Source: a virus (lineage: Duplodnaviria > Caudoviricetes). From it: 64,000 nt of DNA. Each line of letters starts with the position of its first letter. The stretch's first letter is position 1. The stretch is taken from IMG/VR virus record IMGVR_UViG_3300012979_000032, positions 1 through 64,000 of that record. One strand, given 5' to 3'. Positions 9,601 to 22,751 of this stretch are shown piece by piece. The translations under genes were made by a program, and so were the position numbers. The notes under the pieces are model-generated. The model was not told the origin of the DNA. It made no database searches and worked only from the letters and a program-made list of their open reading frames with translations.

Positions 9601-12600
9601 CTGCACTGCCAGCCGCACTCATCTGGATCTGCATTATACCACTTTTCGATAACATTCACATCTTTCAGTAAGCCCTTTTTACGAGGATTATCGCCACCAA
9701 CAGCGCTGGAAATTCCAGTTTCGCCCTTGAGCTGACGATATTTCTGTAAAATGTGAGTGCTCTTAAAGTTAGTATAGAAGTTATTCCAAAGGACACTATC
9801 AGAAGTAGAGTAGTTACCAGCCTCACTTGCATCAACAGAGTAAGTGAAGGAAGGAATACCAGTATTATTAATACCAAGCTGAGTATCTAAGTCATAGAAG
9901 ATTGGATACCAGATATATTCTCCGCCTTCTTTTAATGGACCCCAAGAAGCCATCATGCAGTTCTTTCCGCGAGAGTCATAACATTCAAACACTTCTGTCA
10001 TAACAAAATAAGTTGATAGATACTCAATATCGAAGTGATCAGTTAATTCAGCTTTAAACTTATCATTACGATATTCTTTAGTGTCATATTTATGAATATT
10101 ATTACCATATTGCTTAGTAATACCAATATAGTATTTTTCCTTATCGGCCTCAAACTCTTCAGCAGTTAAATCAGTAACACGAGTTACAGATTTATTAACT
10201 TGAGCAGTTGGGTCATAAGTATAATACTCTATGCCAGCATCGTATGTATCTTCAGCAGTGCATTGACGAACAAGGCGATCAGCTTCTTTCGCCAACATTG
10301 CTTCATCAACAGTGATGAGATAATATTCCTGAGCACTATCAAAAGCGTCAGCACTTAAAGCGTATTTTCCATTAATATTAATGTAATATTTATTAGGAAC
10401 ATAAGCTTCAATATTTACATTTGCGTGATTATAAACAGTCTTTCCAAGAGTATCAACACCCTGCTCATAATAATCAGTGTTTTCGTCAAATGCTGATTCA
10501 GGGTCTAAAACGTACTCTCCATCTTTATAGACGTAGAAAGTGTTTTGCTTCCAGGCTTTTTCACCAACGGTAGTCTATTTTACTGGCTGGCCCTGATTAG
10601 GAACCTAGTCAGTGCAAGTGCTCCATACCCACTGACACAATTTCTCCCAATTTCTATAATAGTTAGAAATGATCTGTCCTCTATGGACGACATTATCAAT
10701 ATCTAAAGTATTTTCAACACCCTCACCGGGCTTAGGGAATGCGTCAAGAGCATCTTCGTATTTATCTGCGTTCTTATCTGGATCATAAATATAATCCATT
10801 ACATCGCCACCTTCATGATAGCGATATTCAAAAGAGTCGCAAACAATAGGAGCGCTACCTTTAGCGTTGGTGCGATAACCGGCAGCTTCATCATATGCAT
10901 TATTGGCACGAGGAGTAGCTAAGAAGCTTAGTTCCTTACGTCCTTCAGGATCTCTGAAAGAGCAATAAGTTCTACTGTTATCGGAGAATTCCCAACATTC
11001 GGCAATATTACGAACTCGCTCATTGCCTAAGAAGTTAGCAGTAATGGTCTTATCGACCTTGAATCCATAAGCTTCATCAGAGCCTTTATCCAATAGCATA
11101 TTGTAACGTCCAATGTACTGATAATTATCTGCGCTCTTCTTGTGGAAGGCTAAAACAGGATAACCGTCAATATTAGTACGTAAAGAAGATGTTGGCGGAA
11201 GTTTTCCATTTTCATCTTTAAAGGCTTTCGCAGCGACATAATCATCTAATGGATGCTTACTATAAGCGTTGTGAGCCAAACGGCAGAAGCCACCATTATA
11301 AGAACCGGAAGACTCCATATAGTCAATCTTCATAGTAAATTTAGTGGTTCCGACGTCATAGTTATTCATATAGAACCAATCAGTATGACAAGGATTGTCA
11401 ATTGTTTCAGTGGTATTCTCATCAATAACTTTTTCAGCCTCAAGAACTTCGCCATAAGTTAAATAATCATCTTCGAAAGGACCAGCATTCATCCAGAAAT
11501 TAACCTGATCATCGCTGTCCTTGAATTTGAGTTTATAGTTACGACGAGGATAGAACTCAGAAGAAGTACCTTGAACAGACATAGTTACATTATCGCCAGT
11601 AAAAGATGGGCAGTGATGTAAATAATACTGTCTAACAGCTTCAACTTTGACATCAGCACTATCATCTGCGGAGCACAAGCCATCGGCAATAGCCAATTCT
11701 TCAAGCGCACCAGAGCTATACGCATAATCCAATCCGCTGTTCTTAAAAGTTACTCTTCCAGTAACATCATTAGCTTTACTGTAAGGAAGCTCGCTATCGT
11801 CAGAATTAGAAGTATCGAAAATGATATAAGGCATAATATATTTATGTGGATAGAGGCTATTATATCTAATAACGCCGCTTTCAGTGTCAGAACCTAATTT
11901 CAACTGATACTCTTGGATGGCGGTATTTTCAGAAGCGATTTCGCACAAATCATAAATATCGATGTCCTTAGTATCAACAGCATGATTCATAACAATGTCA
12001 TATACATTAAGAGCAGTATTGTAAACACGGAACTGATAAAGGTCAATATCACAGTATTCTGAATTAAATTTAATTCCTTCGCTAGCAATCTTAAAAGCAT
12101 TCTTTACAGTAGAATTAATAGCACCAGTAAGCATACCATTGATATAAATATAAATACGCTTATCAGTATCAGAATAAACCATAGTCAAATAGATCATTTC
12201 GTTCTCTACGTAAGAAACGGAAACTGTATCAGTACCATTAGAGAAGAAAGCGTCTTGAGATCCGAAACAGAAACCAATAACGCCATTTTGATCACCAGAA
12301 TAATAGCCACAAGCAACCTTACTCAAATTAACCTTCTTATAAACATAGTCAAATTCTAATTCATCATAAGACTTGCCAATTGTTGGCAAATAGTGAGCTA
12401 GGAAAGAGTCATAGTTATTATATTGCTTCTGATTTTCATCAGTAAAAGCAGCATAATAATCACTATCTTCTTTATAACGAGTAATATTCTGAATCAAAGG
12501 AGTATAATCTTGAACATTGCGCACTTTAAATTGTGCTTCATAGGTCCAAGAAGAATTAGTCTGAGAACCGCCGGCCAAAGTAGTATCTCCAATAGGCAAA

Positions 12601-14204
12601 ATAAATTCTGCGCCGTTAGAAATTCTTAAACAAGTATGACCTTCGCTATCAGGCTTCCATCCATTATTATACCAGTTAAAGTTATTAAAAGCAGCAGTGA
12701 CATTTACGCTTTGATTTGTATTTTCATAGTTCCAATATTTACGATTTGAAACAGATTCTTCATTAGAGCGACCCTTAGCTTCGAATAAAAGACGTAAGAA
12801 ATCTGGCTTTACAATTACCATTTTTCTATTTGGATCTTCTCTAACTTCGAACTCGATTTCTCTGCGTTCTTCATTATCACCGATGCCGCAAGAAATAGCA
12901 TAATAGTTTTTCATGCCCAAAACAGCGTCGGTAATTTCGAAATAATTAAATCCAGTGTAATTGGAAGAAGGAACTTCGCGAGTTGGGCTAGCAGTTGGTA
13001 AACCATCTTTCCACAATCTAACAGTAGTAGTTTCAGTTGCTGTTGGATCATATACAAGGAAAGGAATACGAATATCATCATAGTTCAGATAAACGTCTTG
13101 ATACTCGCCTAGCCAAATAATCGGCTTCGTATTTGAAGCTTCGCTAATAGCGATTTCCATTTTAATAGGAGGAACGCTCAAAGCTCTAGTCCAAACACCA
13201 TTTTTTACAATGGCCTGGAATAATTTAACCTCAATTAAATGAGCTCCGTGACCAGTAATTGCTTTTCCATTCTTATCAACCGTTGGGAAAGTATAAACTT
13301 GGGAAGAAGCATCGGTTGGTTTTAACTACTGGCTATGAATTAAAGATCCATCAATATAATAATCAAGAATCTTATCCATGTTACCAGTTACGTTACATTG
13401 AACAGTAACTTTATCAGGCTCGAAAATCTTTAAGTTGGAGAAACTTGCGGCCTTAGTTAAAGTCAATTCAGAAGTAGAGAAATCTACAAATTTTGAATTA
13501 GCTTCTCCGCCGTTAATACCACTTGCGTATAAAGTCAAACGAGAAGTGGTTGAAGGTCTTAAATAACTACCAAAATCTAAAGTTGAAACTTCATTATGAT
13601 TAACGTAGAAACCAGGGCCATTGTAATATACAATCCATTGGCTTCCGCGCTTTTCGGCAAGCTGCCAAGTAACAGTCAATTTATCATCCATTGGGCTACC
13701 GTCACTTTCAGTAGCTGAAGCAACAGTAAATTCAATAGAAGCATCCTGACCATTAATTAAGTTGATGTTGTCAGGAGTTTTAATCGTGATTTTTGCGATT
13801 GTTGCAGTGGGCACTCCGCCACTACCGCCTCCGCCGCCACCAGCAACTGCTAATTTCTAACAATACAAGGTAGTTTCATCTTTGTTATGGACTTTGTAAA
13901 AAGTGCCATCATTGTTGAAGACCAAATCATCAATAGCAATTAACTCACTAGGATCAACCAAATGGTCCTAAATAGACAGCAAGAAAAATGTTCCATTAAG
14001 GTATTCGGAATCTGGCTTTAAATCTGCTGGAGCTTTACCGTAGTGAATTGCTACTCCGCTAGCGCCCATTACAATTCTATCTGTTGAATTAACGTCATAG
14101 TAAATCTTGCCAGTATCAGTAGCAAAATAAACTTGACCTTCGTTTTTACTCTGCTCTTGGATACGAGCGTCAATACCACGCGCGATTCTGAATTTAGTTG
14201 GCAT
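6636..14204 (-). CDS. Giant virion-associated protein (2,522 aa; code 15): LamG/ConA-like, CotH-kinase-like, InlB B-repeat-like and BspA-type LRR domains
   Basis: Six track ORFs share one frame and are separated only by TAG. Kinase-like motifs QGTSSEFYPRRNYKLK, YIGRYNM, DSRGKN and WYPIFYDLDTQLG. Repeats PEKPNYDFLGW and YGFLGW. C-terminal FPATVTSIQLYAF, LPKGLQIIGQNAF and IPGTVTNIGDAAF LRRs. Confidence 0.8.
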
Positions 14205-14234
14205 ATAGCTTAATCTCCTTTCTATCTTTTCTAT

Positions 14235-14278
14235 AAAAAAAATAAAAGGGGAAAGAGAGACATAAGTTCTCTTTCCCC
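14235..14278 (-). terminator. Terminator-like hairpin with U-tract in the leader of the giant gene
   Basis: GGGGAAAGAGA/TCTCTTTCCCC stem followed by TTTTATTTTTTTT on the minus strand. Confidence 0.7.
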
Positions 14279-14290
14279 CTCTAAATCTCT

Positions 14291-14336
14291 CTACCTTTAA
14301 TGAGAATTAAAGATTAGTTCTTAAATGGGATTGTCC
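14291..14336 (-). promoter_or_regulatory. Putative phage late-promoter motif, copy 3 (GGACAA...CATTAAAGGTAG)
   Basis: 46-bp fixed spacing. Confidence 0.5.
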
Positions 14337-14342
14337 AAAAGA

Positions 14343-16073
14343 TTAGAACGTTCCCCAAACAAGGTTAATTTCCATGGTGCTAGTACTATTGCCCTCAATC
14401 TTCAAAGATCCAGACTTAACCTGATTCTTCATAGTGATAGAGTCAATTTCTCTGTTACCAACAACTAAAGTCAAAGTGTCACTGGTGGTTGCAGTATAAA
14501 CACCGCTACTTTCAGTTACAGTGACTGTGCTGGTAGTAGTACCATCAGCAGGTTTATCGAATTTCTCGGTTGGTACAGTAATAGCCTTTTCAGCAACGGT
14601 CTTTACGTGACCATACTTATCAGCTGTTAGAGTGCCAAGAGCTACGCCTGCGAATAATACGTCGTCGCTAGTGCCATCTGCAGCAGTGGCAGTAGTGGTT
14701 GAAGTAAATCCAGAAGTAGCATGAGAAATGGTGATAGTCTTTTCTTTGTTATCAGTACCTGCTAAGGTCTGAGTGGTTTTAATAATGTCATTGGTATTAT
14801 TATCGCCTGCGCCAATAACCTTATAGCTTCCTAAGAATTCTTCTACTTGGCCAGTCTTATTGGTGAAAGAAATCTTATTGTCTTCTCCCAGACCAACTTC
14901 AACAACAGTATTAGAATTATAGTTATCAACACGAGTCCAAGTTACAGCATTAGCAGCGATGACACCATTAGTTTCAGTGCCAGTGGCAATGAATAGAGTG
15001 CCAGCGTCATACTTTACAGCAGTACCAGTAGCAGTGAGTTTAACTGATGCAGTACCATCAGACATATAAACATCACCAATCTGGACGTTAGACTGTGGTA
15101 ACTCTTTTACGGTAGCGCCAGTAGTACCAACAGTTCCTCTATAGACAAGAGCATTCAAATCGAGCTTAGTGTCATTGATGATCTTATCGACTTCAGCAGC
15201 GGTATAAACATCAAGAGTGGCTACACCATTCTTAAAATCGACAGTTTTCTTCTCGCTAGCGTCTTTACCAACAGTGATTTTTGGAGCAAATTTAGCAGTA
15301 ATCTGAGCACCAGTCTGCTTCTCCAAAATAAGAGTGAATCCACTATCGTCCTCTTGGAAGGTACCAGTATCTTTCAGATCAGTGCCGTTAATGTTATTGA
15401 CTAAATCAGTACCATCAAAGGTAATCTCTTTGCCGGACTGAGTGATCTTAAGACCGCCAGAAGATTTCAAAATTACAGATTCTGCGGTAGTAGCAGAAGT
15501 AGCGCCAGGAGCCTTATAGGTTAAATCAACATTAACAGCATTCTGTTCGCCGCTAGTGCTAAGGCCATAGTCTCCAGTAGCTACGCTAATAGCCTTACCA
15601 GAATTAGAAACGGAAACTTTGTTGCCGCCCTTAAATGTTACGGCCTCGGACTGGATTTGGCCGCTTTTATTACCCTCTTGAGTAATAGTTGTTACGATAG
15701 AAGCACCGCCAGTAACGGCATCAACATCGTTAGAAACAGCAGTTACAGCAGTGTCTGGGTTAATTTGAACCCAACGTCCGCCGCTCCAAGTAGCAAGAAT
15801 GTTACCATTAGTGATATAGTAGAATTGACCAGGAATTGCATTTGAAATACTGGACAAATCAGAAACCGAAATAACACCCTAATTAACAGGAGATAAACTG
15901 CCATCGTCATTACCGATATATAGTCGGTGAGTGTCAGTTGTTAAATAGAAAGTACCTTTAGTGGCAGAAGCTAAAGTTTTTAAGCCACTTTCAGTACCCA
16001 TTCTAAAGCCAACGTTAGGAGTACCAGTAATAGTAGCAGTACCCGCAACGTATCCGCCTTTAATGTCAGCCAT
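14343..16073 (-). CDS. Tail fibre-like protein, Thr/Gly/Ala-rich (576 aa; code 15)
   Basis: Joins 15879..16073 and 14343..15857 across one TAG (SPVN-Q-GVI). N-terminal KGTFYLTTDTHRLYIG resembles an Mtd-like attachment motif. Contains a DKYGHV fibre motif. Confidence 0.7.
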
Positions 16074-16099
16074 ATTTTTTCCCTCCTATTATAAAAATA

Positions 16100-17050
16100 T
16101 TAGACAGCTGCCTCTTCAGCAAGATAATTCCAAGTTAAGAGCTCACGTAAAATAGTGATAGCATTTGCATTTTCTTTAATATCATCTGCATTGGCTTCAA
16201 TAGCTGCAGTATTGGCAAGAACATCAGCAATAAGTCCATTATTTTCAGTGCCAATAATCTGAACTAAGTTATCGATGGCATTAGCATTTGCATTAGCCTT
16301 AGTCTCTAGATTTTCTACTCTATCTACCAAGCCAGTATCGGCAGTGTTCAATAGTGCTTTCAAATCAGAAACATCTTTAATTAAATCAGCTGCATCAACG
16401 CCGCCAGTGGCAAGATTATCACCATTACCCAAAATCCAGTCAGCGATTTCTTTTAAGGTGTCAAATGCACCGTCGGCTCCAGCAACCAGATTAGCCACTG
16501 CAGTTGCAGCCTCATCAGCCGCAACGTCACGCATGGTTAGATCAGCATCGCCACCAATAATTGTGGTAACTTGTTTTCCAAGAGAATCCACTTTGCCTGA
16601 TAAAGTACCAACAGTTGTTTCTAGTTCGGCAGTAGGATTAGCCCACAAACCGTTACCTTGCAAGAACAAGTTTTGCTGTCCCTGCTTAGGTTGTGGAACT
16701 AGACCGCCCTCGCCGTCTGCTTCAACAGAAGCGCCTTCCATTGGCTTTTCAGCGAAATCATAAATATTTTGATTTACCCAACGTTCACCATTATGGACAA
16801 GGATATCATTTTCGCCAAGGTCAGTAGATAAAGTTACGTCAACAAGGCTCTCAAGAGCAACGCCTTCCTTAACGCCAGAAGCGATAAGAGTGTTACCTAA
16901 GTACAAACTACCTTTATCAGAACCGTCATCAATAACAAAGTACAAAGTATCGTTATCAACAGTTCCAGCGGATTTTAAGCTACCCCACAAGGTACTATTT
17001 GTACGCACGAATTTTACATAGCTATTAGATGGAAAAGGTTTAAGTGCCAT
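16100..17050 (-). CDS. Fibre/coiled-coil structural protein (316 aa, no TAG)
   Basis: Intact ORF. AGGAGG spacing favours the ATG at 17050. GEGGLVPQP..FLQGNGLW and AFDTLKEIADWI motifs are common in phage fibres. Confidence 0.7.
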   Translation of the reverse strand: MALKPFPSNSYVKFVRTNSTLWGSLKSAGTVDNDTLYFVIDDGSDKGSLYLGNTLIASGVKEGVALESLVDVTLSTDLGENDILVHNGERWVNQNIYDFAEKPMEGASVEADGEGGLVPQPKQGQQNLFLQGNGLWANPTAELETTVGTLSGKVDSLGKQVTTIIGGDADLTMRDVAADEAATAVANLVAGADGAFDTLKEIADWILGNGDNLATGGVDAADLIKDVSDLKALLNTADTGLVDRVENLETKANANANAIDNLVQIIGTENNGLIADVLANTAAIEANADDIKENANAITILRELLTWNYLAEEAAV

Positions 17051-17099
17051 ATAAATCATCCTCCTTCTTTTAATATTAAAAAATTATAAATATAAGTTA

Positions 17100-17130
17100 A
17101 TGGGCTTCGCCCAGCAAAGACGAAGCCCAT
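17100..17130 (-). terminator. Hairpin, probable terminator
   Basis: ATGGGCTTCG/CGAAGCCCAT 10-bp stem directly after the stop at 17136. Confidence 0.6.
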
Positions 17131-17135
17131 CACTT

Positions 17136-20100
17136 TTAGATGGTTAAGCTATTCAACATAGTTTCTAAAGCTTTTACTTTAGTAAACAAATCTTGAATAG
17201 TTAATTCCTCTGCGGGAACATATTCAACATCAATAATTTTTTCTCCAAGAGCCGTAGCTAAACCAGCATCGACTTCTTCTTGTGTCGCCTCATGAGATTC
17301 TTCTGCCACTTCTGGAGTATAAATAAAGGTTTGTTCAGAACGAATCGCAGATGCATCTAAAGTAGATAGAATACTGATTGCTTCTTGGACTTTAACTCTT
17401 ATTTCAGGAGAGCCTGGAATAATATTTTCACTGCCATCCTCCAAAGTTTCTACTTTATCTAAGACTGCTTCTTTATAAAGGAAGTCTGTATCTTGATTGA
17501 TATTTCCTTCAATTGGAGCGTAAATCTCTGCAGCTATTGCGCTTTGCTCATCAATAACATCTAACAATACGCCATGAGCTTCAGCTACCGCAGCAGACTA
17601 TTCTTGGATAGCTTCAGCTAAGCTAGCGTCAGATTTCAATAAAGCTTTATTCTGCTCTCTAAGAGTTTCTCTTAGAATAGCAACTTCTTCATCAATAATA
17701 TCTTGTAAAACCTAATGGCTTTCTTCCATTCGAGCATAGTTATTATCAACCTGCTCTTGGATATCATTGGTAGCGATGTCTAAAGCTATCAAAGCTTCTT
17801 CAAGAGTCATATCTTTCTTTAAGTAATGACATTGTGTATCATCGAAATCTGTTAGCAATAAGCCTTTGATTTTAGTTGGAATTAAAACTGTCTCAGTGGA
17901 TTTATCTATAATATGTCCATTACTATCTAAAGTGTAAGTTTGCATATTAAAGGTTTCTCCAAATTGTGGTTCTTGCTTACCAAGAGCAAGAACACGAGAA
18001 TCAGCCGCAATCTTCATTTCGTCATTAGTATGCGTAAATGTGATTTTATCCTATTCAACTGCTGGCTTTAACCAAGCATCTCCGTAGAAAGTGAATATAT
18101 CATAAGCATTTTTCGCAGTCGAGATATGCGCAGTATCTCCAGTGAAACTTTGGAATCTCTAATATCCATTTGGTAATTTAAAATTTGTATAAGTACGAGA
18201 AATTAAGTGACCAGCAGGATCATAACCCACATTTGCGAGAATCGGACCTAAAACATTTCTACCGTTTTCATCTGCGGCCATATCCATCACAACAGTATCA
18301 TTTATCGGGTTTTCCATTTCATTTCTTGCCCGGTGAGCTATCGTAATGCTATTTTCAGTATTGTCAGTTGTAAATTCAATCCACTTATTTTTTGCTTTTA
18401 ACGTTAAAGTGTCTTGAGTATTTTTTGCAACGACATTATCATTAGCAACCACTTCATCTTGAGATTCAATCTCTCTACCATCGTTTGTAGCTGAAAGAGT
18501 TTTAAATCCAAAAGGTAAAGTGACAGTTTCTATATTTTTACCTACAACATGGCCAGTCGCATCAACAATTGGAGTATAAAGATCAATTTCATCAATCGCG
18601 GGATCGTTCATATCAGTTTCAAAATCAGTATCATAAACAGCAGTAAAATTATGTTTAATTGTTAGCTTTGGATCTTTATAATTGTCATCAGTGTCAATGT
18701 CAATCCACATATCCTCATTATCAGGATCTGCTTGAGTATTCTTAATTACGACATCTTTCCCACCATGATTTACTGCTGAGAATTCTTGTTTAGTTGAATA
18801 ACTAACTCCACGCATTCTGCCAGTATTATCAACAATCATTAACTGACCAGGCTTTAATTCTCCGATACGATGAATAATATCATTTAACTAGTTCAAAGCT
18901 CCTTGTAAAGTTGCGTCGTCACGAGTTAAATTATCATCTTGCAACATCCATTTGTTTAGTCTCAAAATTAAACCATGCAATGTATTGAAAGTAATATCAA
19001 AGCCTTTTAATTCACTTAACTCCCATGCGTCTGTTCTAGTGGCTAATTCAATACCGCTATCTGCAGGTGGATTCTGCGCCAACGGCCAAATTGCACCCTT
19101 GTCATAGAAACCATTTGGATCATTTAGAATATATACCTAAGGATTGCGATAATATTCCCGTCCAGGAGTGAAATCTGGTGATAAGTCCAAAATAAATTTA
19201 CCATTTTCATCTTTATAATAGTATTTATTTGGGAAATAGATTTCAGGCACATCACTTAAGCTAGAAACATAATATTTCTAATCTCTTATTAAAGTACCGT
19301 TATAAACAAGATAGTCATTGGCATCTGCATCGTATTGATAATAAATTTCATTGGCCTTTCGACCAGCTGCAATTTCTACATCAGTTACTAGTCTCTTATT
19401 AACCATATTCACAGTCCAATAATCTCGACCTGGAGTAGGATCTAATCTATTATCAATCATAACACTATTCTCATATGGACCATCAAGCTCTTGATAATAA
19501 TATCTATTGGGCTCATACCCTAACTCTAAAAGACGAATGGTTAATTTATATAAATCAGCAATGCTAGCATAATTTTTAGCTGTTGCGATTTCATCAGACA
19601 AAGCTGAGATTGAACGGAAGCCTTCTTCTTCAATGCCGCCGGGTAATAATGTTTTATAATATTTATAAATATCTTTTGGTAGCGGCTCAACATGGATCTG
19701 TACTGCGTCAGCAATATTAACAACATTTTCAGCTGAACTCAGAATTAATTCAACAACTTCTCTAAAATACAAACAATTTTCTTCAATAATAACATCTGTA
19801 TCTAAAGTTAAGTATTTTACATACTCGTCTTTAAGCAAATTGCCATTTAAATAAGATTCTTGAGTTTTATCTGCTTCCATGTATAATTGATAATAAACAC
19901 CAGGAGAAGAACTAATGGTTTGTTCATCAGTAAATAACTCATACTTTTTGCTAATTACATAATAATTTTGAGGTACGCCTGATCCCTATGCGAAGCTTGA
20001 AGTCGCAAATAACATTGGGGCACGACTTTCAGTCTAAGCTTGCGTGAAAGCTTCTTCTGTCATAGAGCAAGTGCGTAGAGTCAAATAATAAATCATACTG

Positions 20101-22367
20101 CGATCAGTAATCTTGTCGAAGTCTCCTGATTTTAATTCAGTTGCCTCAATTACATTATAAGCTTCAGAAGTAAAAGTTATCGGATCGAATAAGCGTACGC
20201 CAGAAGCCAATCTATTTTCAAAATCTTCTTCATCAATAATTTCTGGAGTAATTGGATAAAAATATCCAGCATAATATTTATTTGGAACATAATAAATAGA
20301 ATCGGCGTCTAAGATTACTTTTTCCGCTTCAATATCATAATATATTTGGTTTAAATCATAATTTTCATAGGTTTTAATATATTTTACGTAAGGAGCTTTT
20401 GTGATTGGATCTCGGAAGGTATCACCAGTTCCTTCATCTTTTTCTCGATATAAGAAATATTTTCCAGGCTCATATTCAGAGCGAGTAAAATGGCGAGAAA
20501 GATTTTTATTAGAAGGAACATTTACACCCTGAACATATTCACGCTCTGGTCTGAATGTAGCTTCTTGAATATAGTCAGGAGTAGTTGAATTAGTATCAAC
20601 CCACCAAGAATTATTTTGATAATCTTTCCAATCTACCAAATCAACTTTTTCATGTGCGACTTCACCTTCGATTTTTTCATAAGTGTAAGTACGCTTTTTG
20701 AAATAATATTTTCCAGTAGTAGGATTATAGTAAATATAATCTTCATTAAGGTTATCAACATCGTCTTCTGGATAATCATTAGTAATAATCATACCCATGA
20801 TATCCTGTACGCTATTAATAACACCAGCTAAAGTATTTACTTCTTCTGGATCATAAGTATATCCTAACCCCTTATCATCTGTTCGGACTAAACGCAAGCC
20901 TTCTTTTGCGAGAACTTTCTTAGCATCCTCCCAACGAATAACTAAATTTCTTCTAAGTCCTTTGCCATCATATGTGGTATTTAAATCTTCTCCACCGTAA
21001 ATCAAGTCCCATACATCAGCAATTGTATCGCCAATACTTGGTAACAATACTGCTAGCTCATTGACATCCTCTTGGACGATATTCTGATTATCGGTAGTGT
21101 GAGTAGGATATAAATGTCCACTAAATCCAGTAGGTGTTAATGAAATTTCATCAACTAATGGATTTAAAGTTAAATCACGATTTGTATATTTATAATCCTT
21201 ACTATGAGTGATGTATTCCTTATCAAAACCTGCTCGGTTAAAATAAATAGCTCCATCAATACTGGATTTGGTTTTTTCCCAAGAACCGCGGATAGAAGCA
21301 TTCCCCGGCGCGTCAATATTTTCTTTCAAATAATAATTTGTATAATTATTATCTTCATACAATGTATTAATCCATTGAGTTTTTTGATCACTTGGGTATT
21401 CAATAGTGTTAGAAGTAGCAACAATTTTCTATTCAGTACCATCGTTAATAATACTACCAGAATAATCCAAAGTAGGAAGCGTTATATTAGGATTAGCACC
21501 TTTGATACGGAATCCCCAAGTGGGTTGCATATGTAATTTATAATAAATATTGGTACTATCCTTATCGAAGTGAGGCATGATTGGAGCTAAAGTTGGAGCC
21601 TCTGCTGATACGTCTAAAATAGGAACAACACTATTCAATTCAGCAATCATTACATATTTGGGCTAACCGCTCACGTAAGTCTTTTGCCAAACAGTAGAAT
21701 CATAACCTCTTGCAGTAGTATATTTACTATTATCAACATTAAAGTTTAATAAATAGTTAGAGTCATCAGGAGAGATAAGATCATTATAATTTGCTTCGGT
21801 ATAAGCACAGCCAATAACCCGCTTACGAGATGCTACAGGGTCTAGCTAGAACTTCTTTTCTTTGTAGTTATATAATAAATTATAAGTTTCTTTCTCTGCA
21901 TTATTGCCTTCAGCGATTCTAAAGTACTGCAATTTTGACACAGAGCCAACCGTAATATTATCTTCCAGATCATATTTAACTCCGATATTATCATTAACAG
22001 AGCATACAACAATTGCCTTCGGACGCAAAAAAGTCTCGACGACATCTTCTGCTTGAGGCGGGTCTGCCGCTAAATTGACTGTATATGGTTTTAATTCAAT
22101 CAAATAACTGGTTGGGGTTGTAAAATCTCCATTTTCTGGATCATACGTTTGTCTCTCTGGCGGAGGCTGATATAGAATGCCATCAAATTGAATTACGCGC
22201 GGCAAGAAGCTCTTATCAATTGGACGTTCATACTCAACTAATACATATCTGCCAGCATAAACTCCATCATTTTTAACACTAGCATCCATCGTATATCTAT
22301 TTGGATAAATACGGTCAAATGACATAGAGGTTCTTTGTACATTCGTAATGTGTCCATAGAATCCCAT
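17136..22367 (-). CDS. Large tail/baseplate-associated structural protein (1,743 aa; code 15)
   Basis: Eight track ORFs in one frame. The intervals, translated by hand, contain only TAG. TAATG overlap with the upstream gene. DxxGH fibre-like motifs near the C-terminus. Confidence 0.75.
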
Positions 22368-22735
22368 TATTTACCCCCCCTTCGGTCATCATATAAAATA
22401 TCTATAATAATGTAACCATCCTCTGCATCGTCAATCGCTCCAAGAGAACGGCCATCAATTTGTAGCGTAGATACTTCTACGCCATCTTGCATATCTAATT
22501 CGTAAATACCAGTAGAGCCAATAATGATTGGATCTTCTGACCCGTTTAGATAAAACATCGTGCCAGGCAAAGTCTGAATGCCTAGCTAATAAAATGGATA
22601 ATACTCCTTAAAGACATCACCATTGGCAAAGCCTGCGGCTCCGCCGACACTGATAAAAGCGTCGGCGGAAGGCTCATTGCGGTCTTCAGAAGCATTATTT
22701 TGGTAAAAACGAAATTGATGTACTGCTTTCGCCAT
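22367..22735 (-). CDS. Small tail-associated hypothetical protein (122 aa; code 15)
   Basis: AAGGAG RBS and ATG at 22735. One TAG in (Q)LGIQTLPGTMFYLNG. Ends TAA. Confidence 0.75.
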
Positions 22736-22751
22736 AAACTCCTTGACCTCC

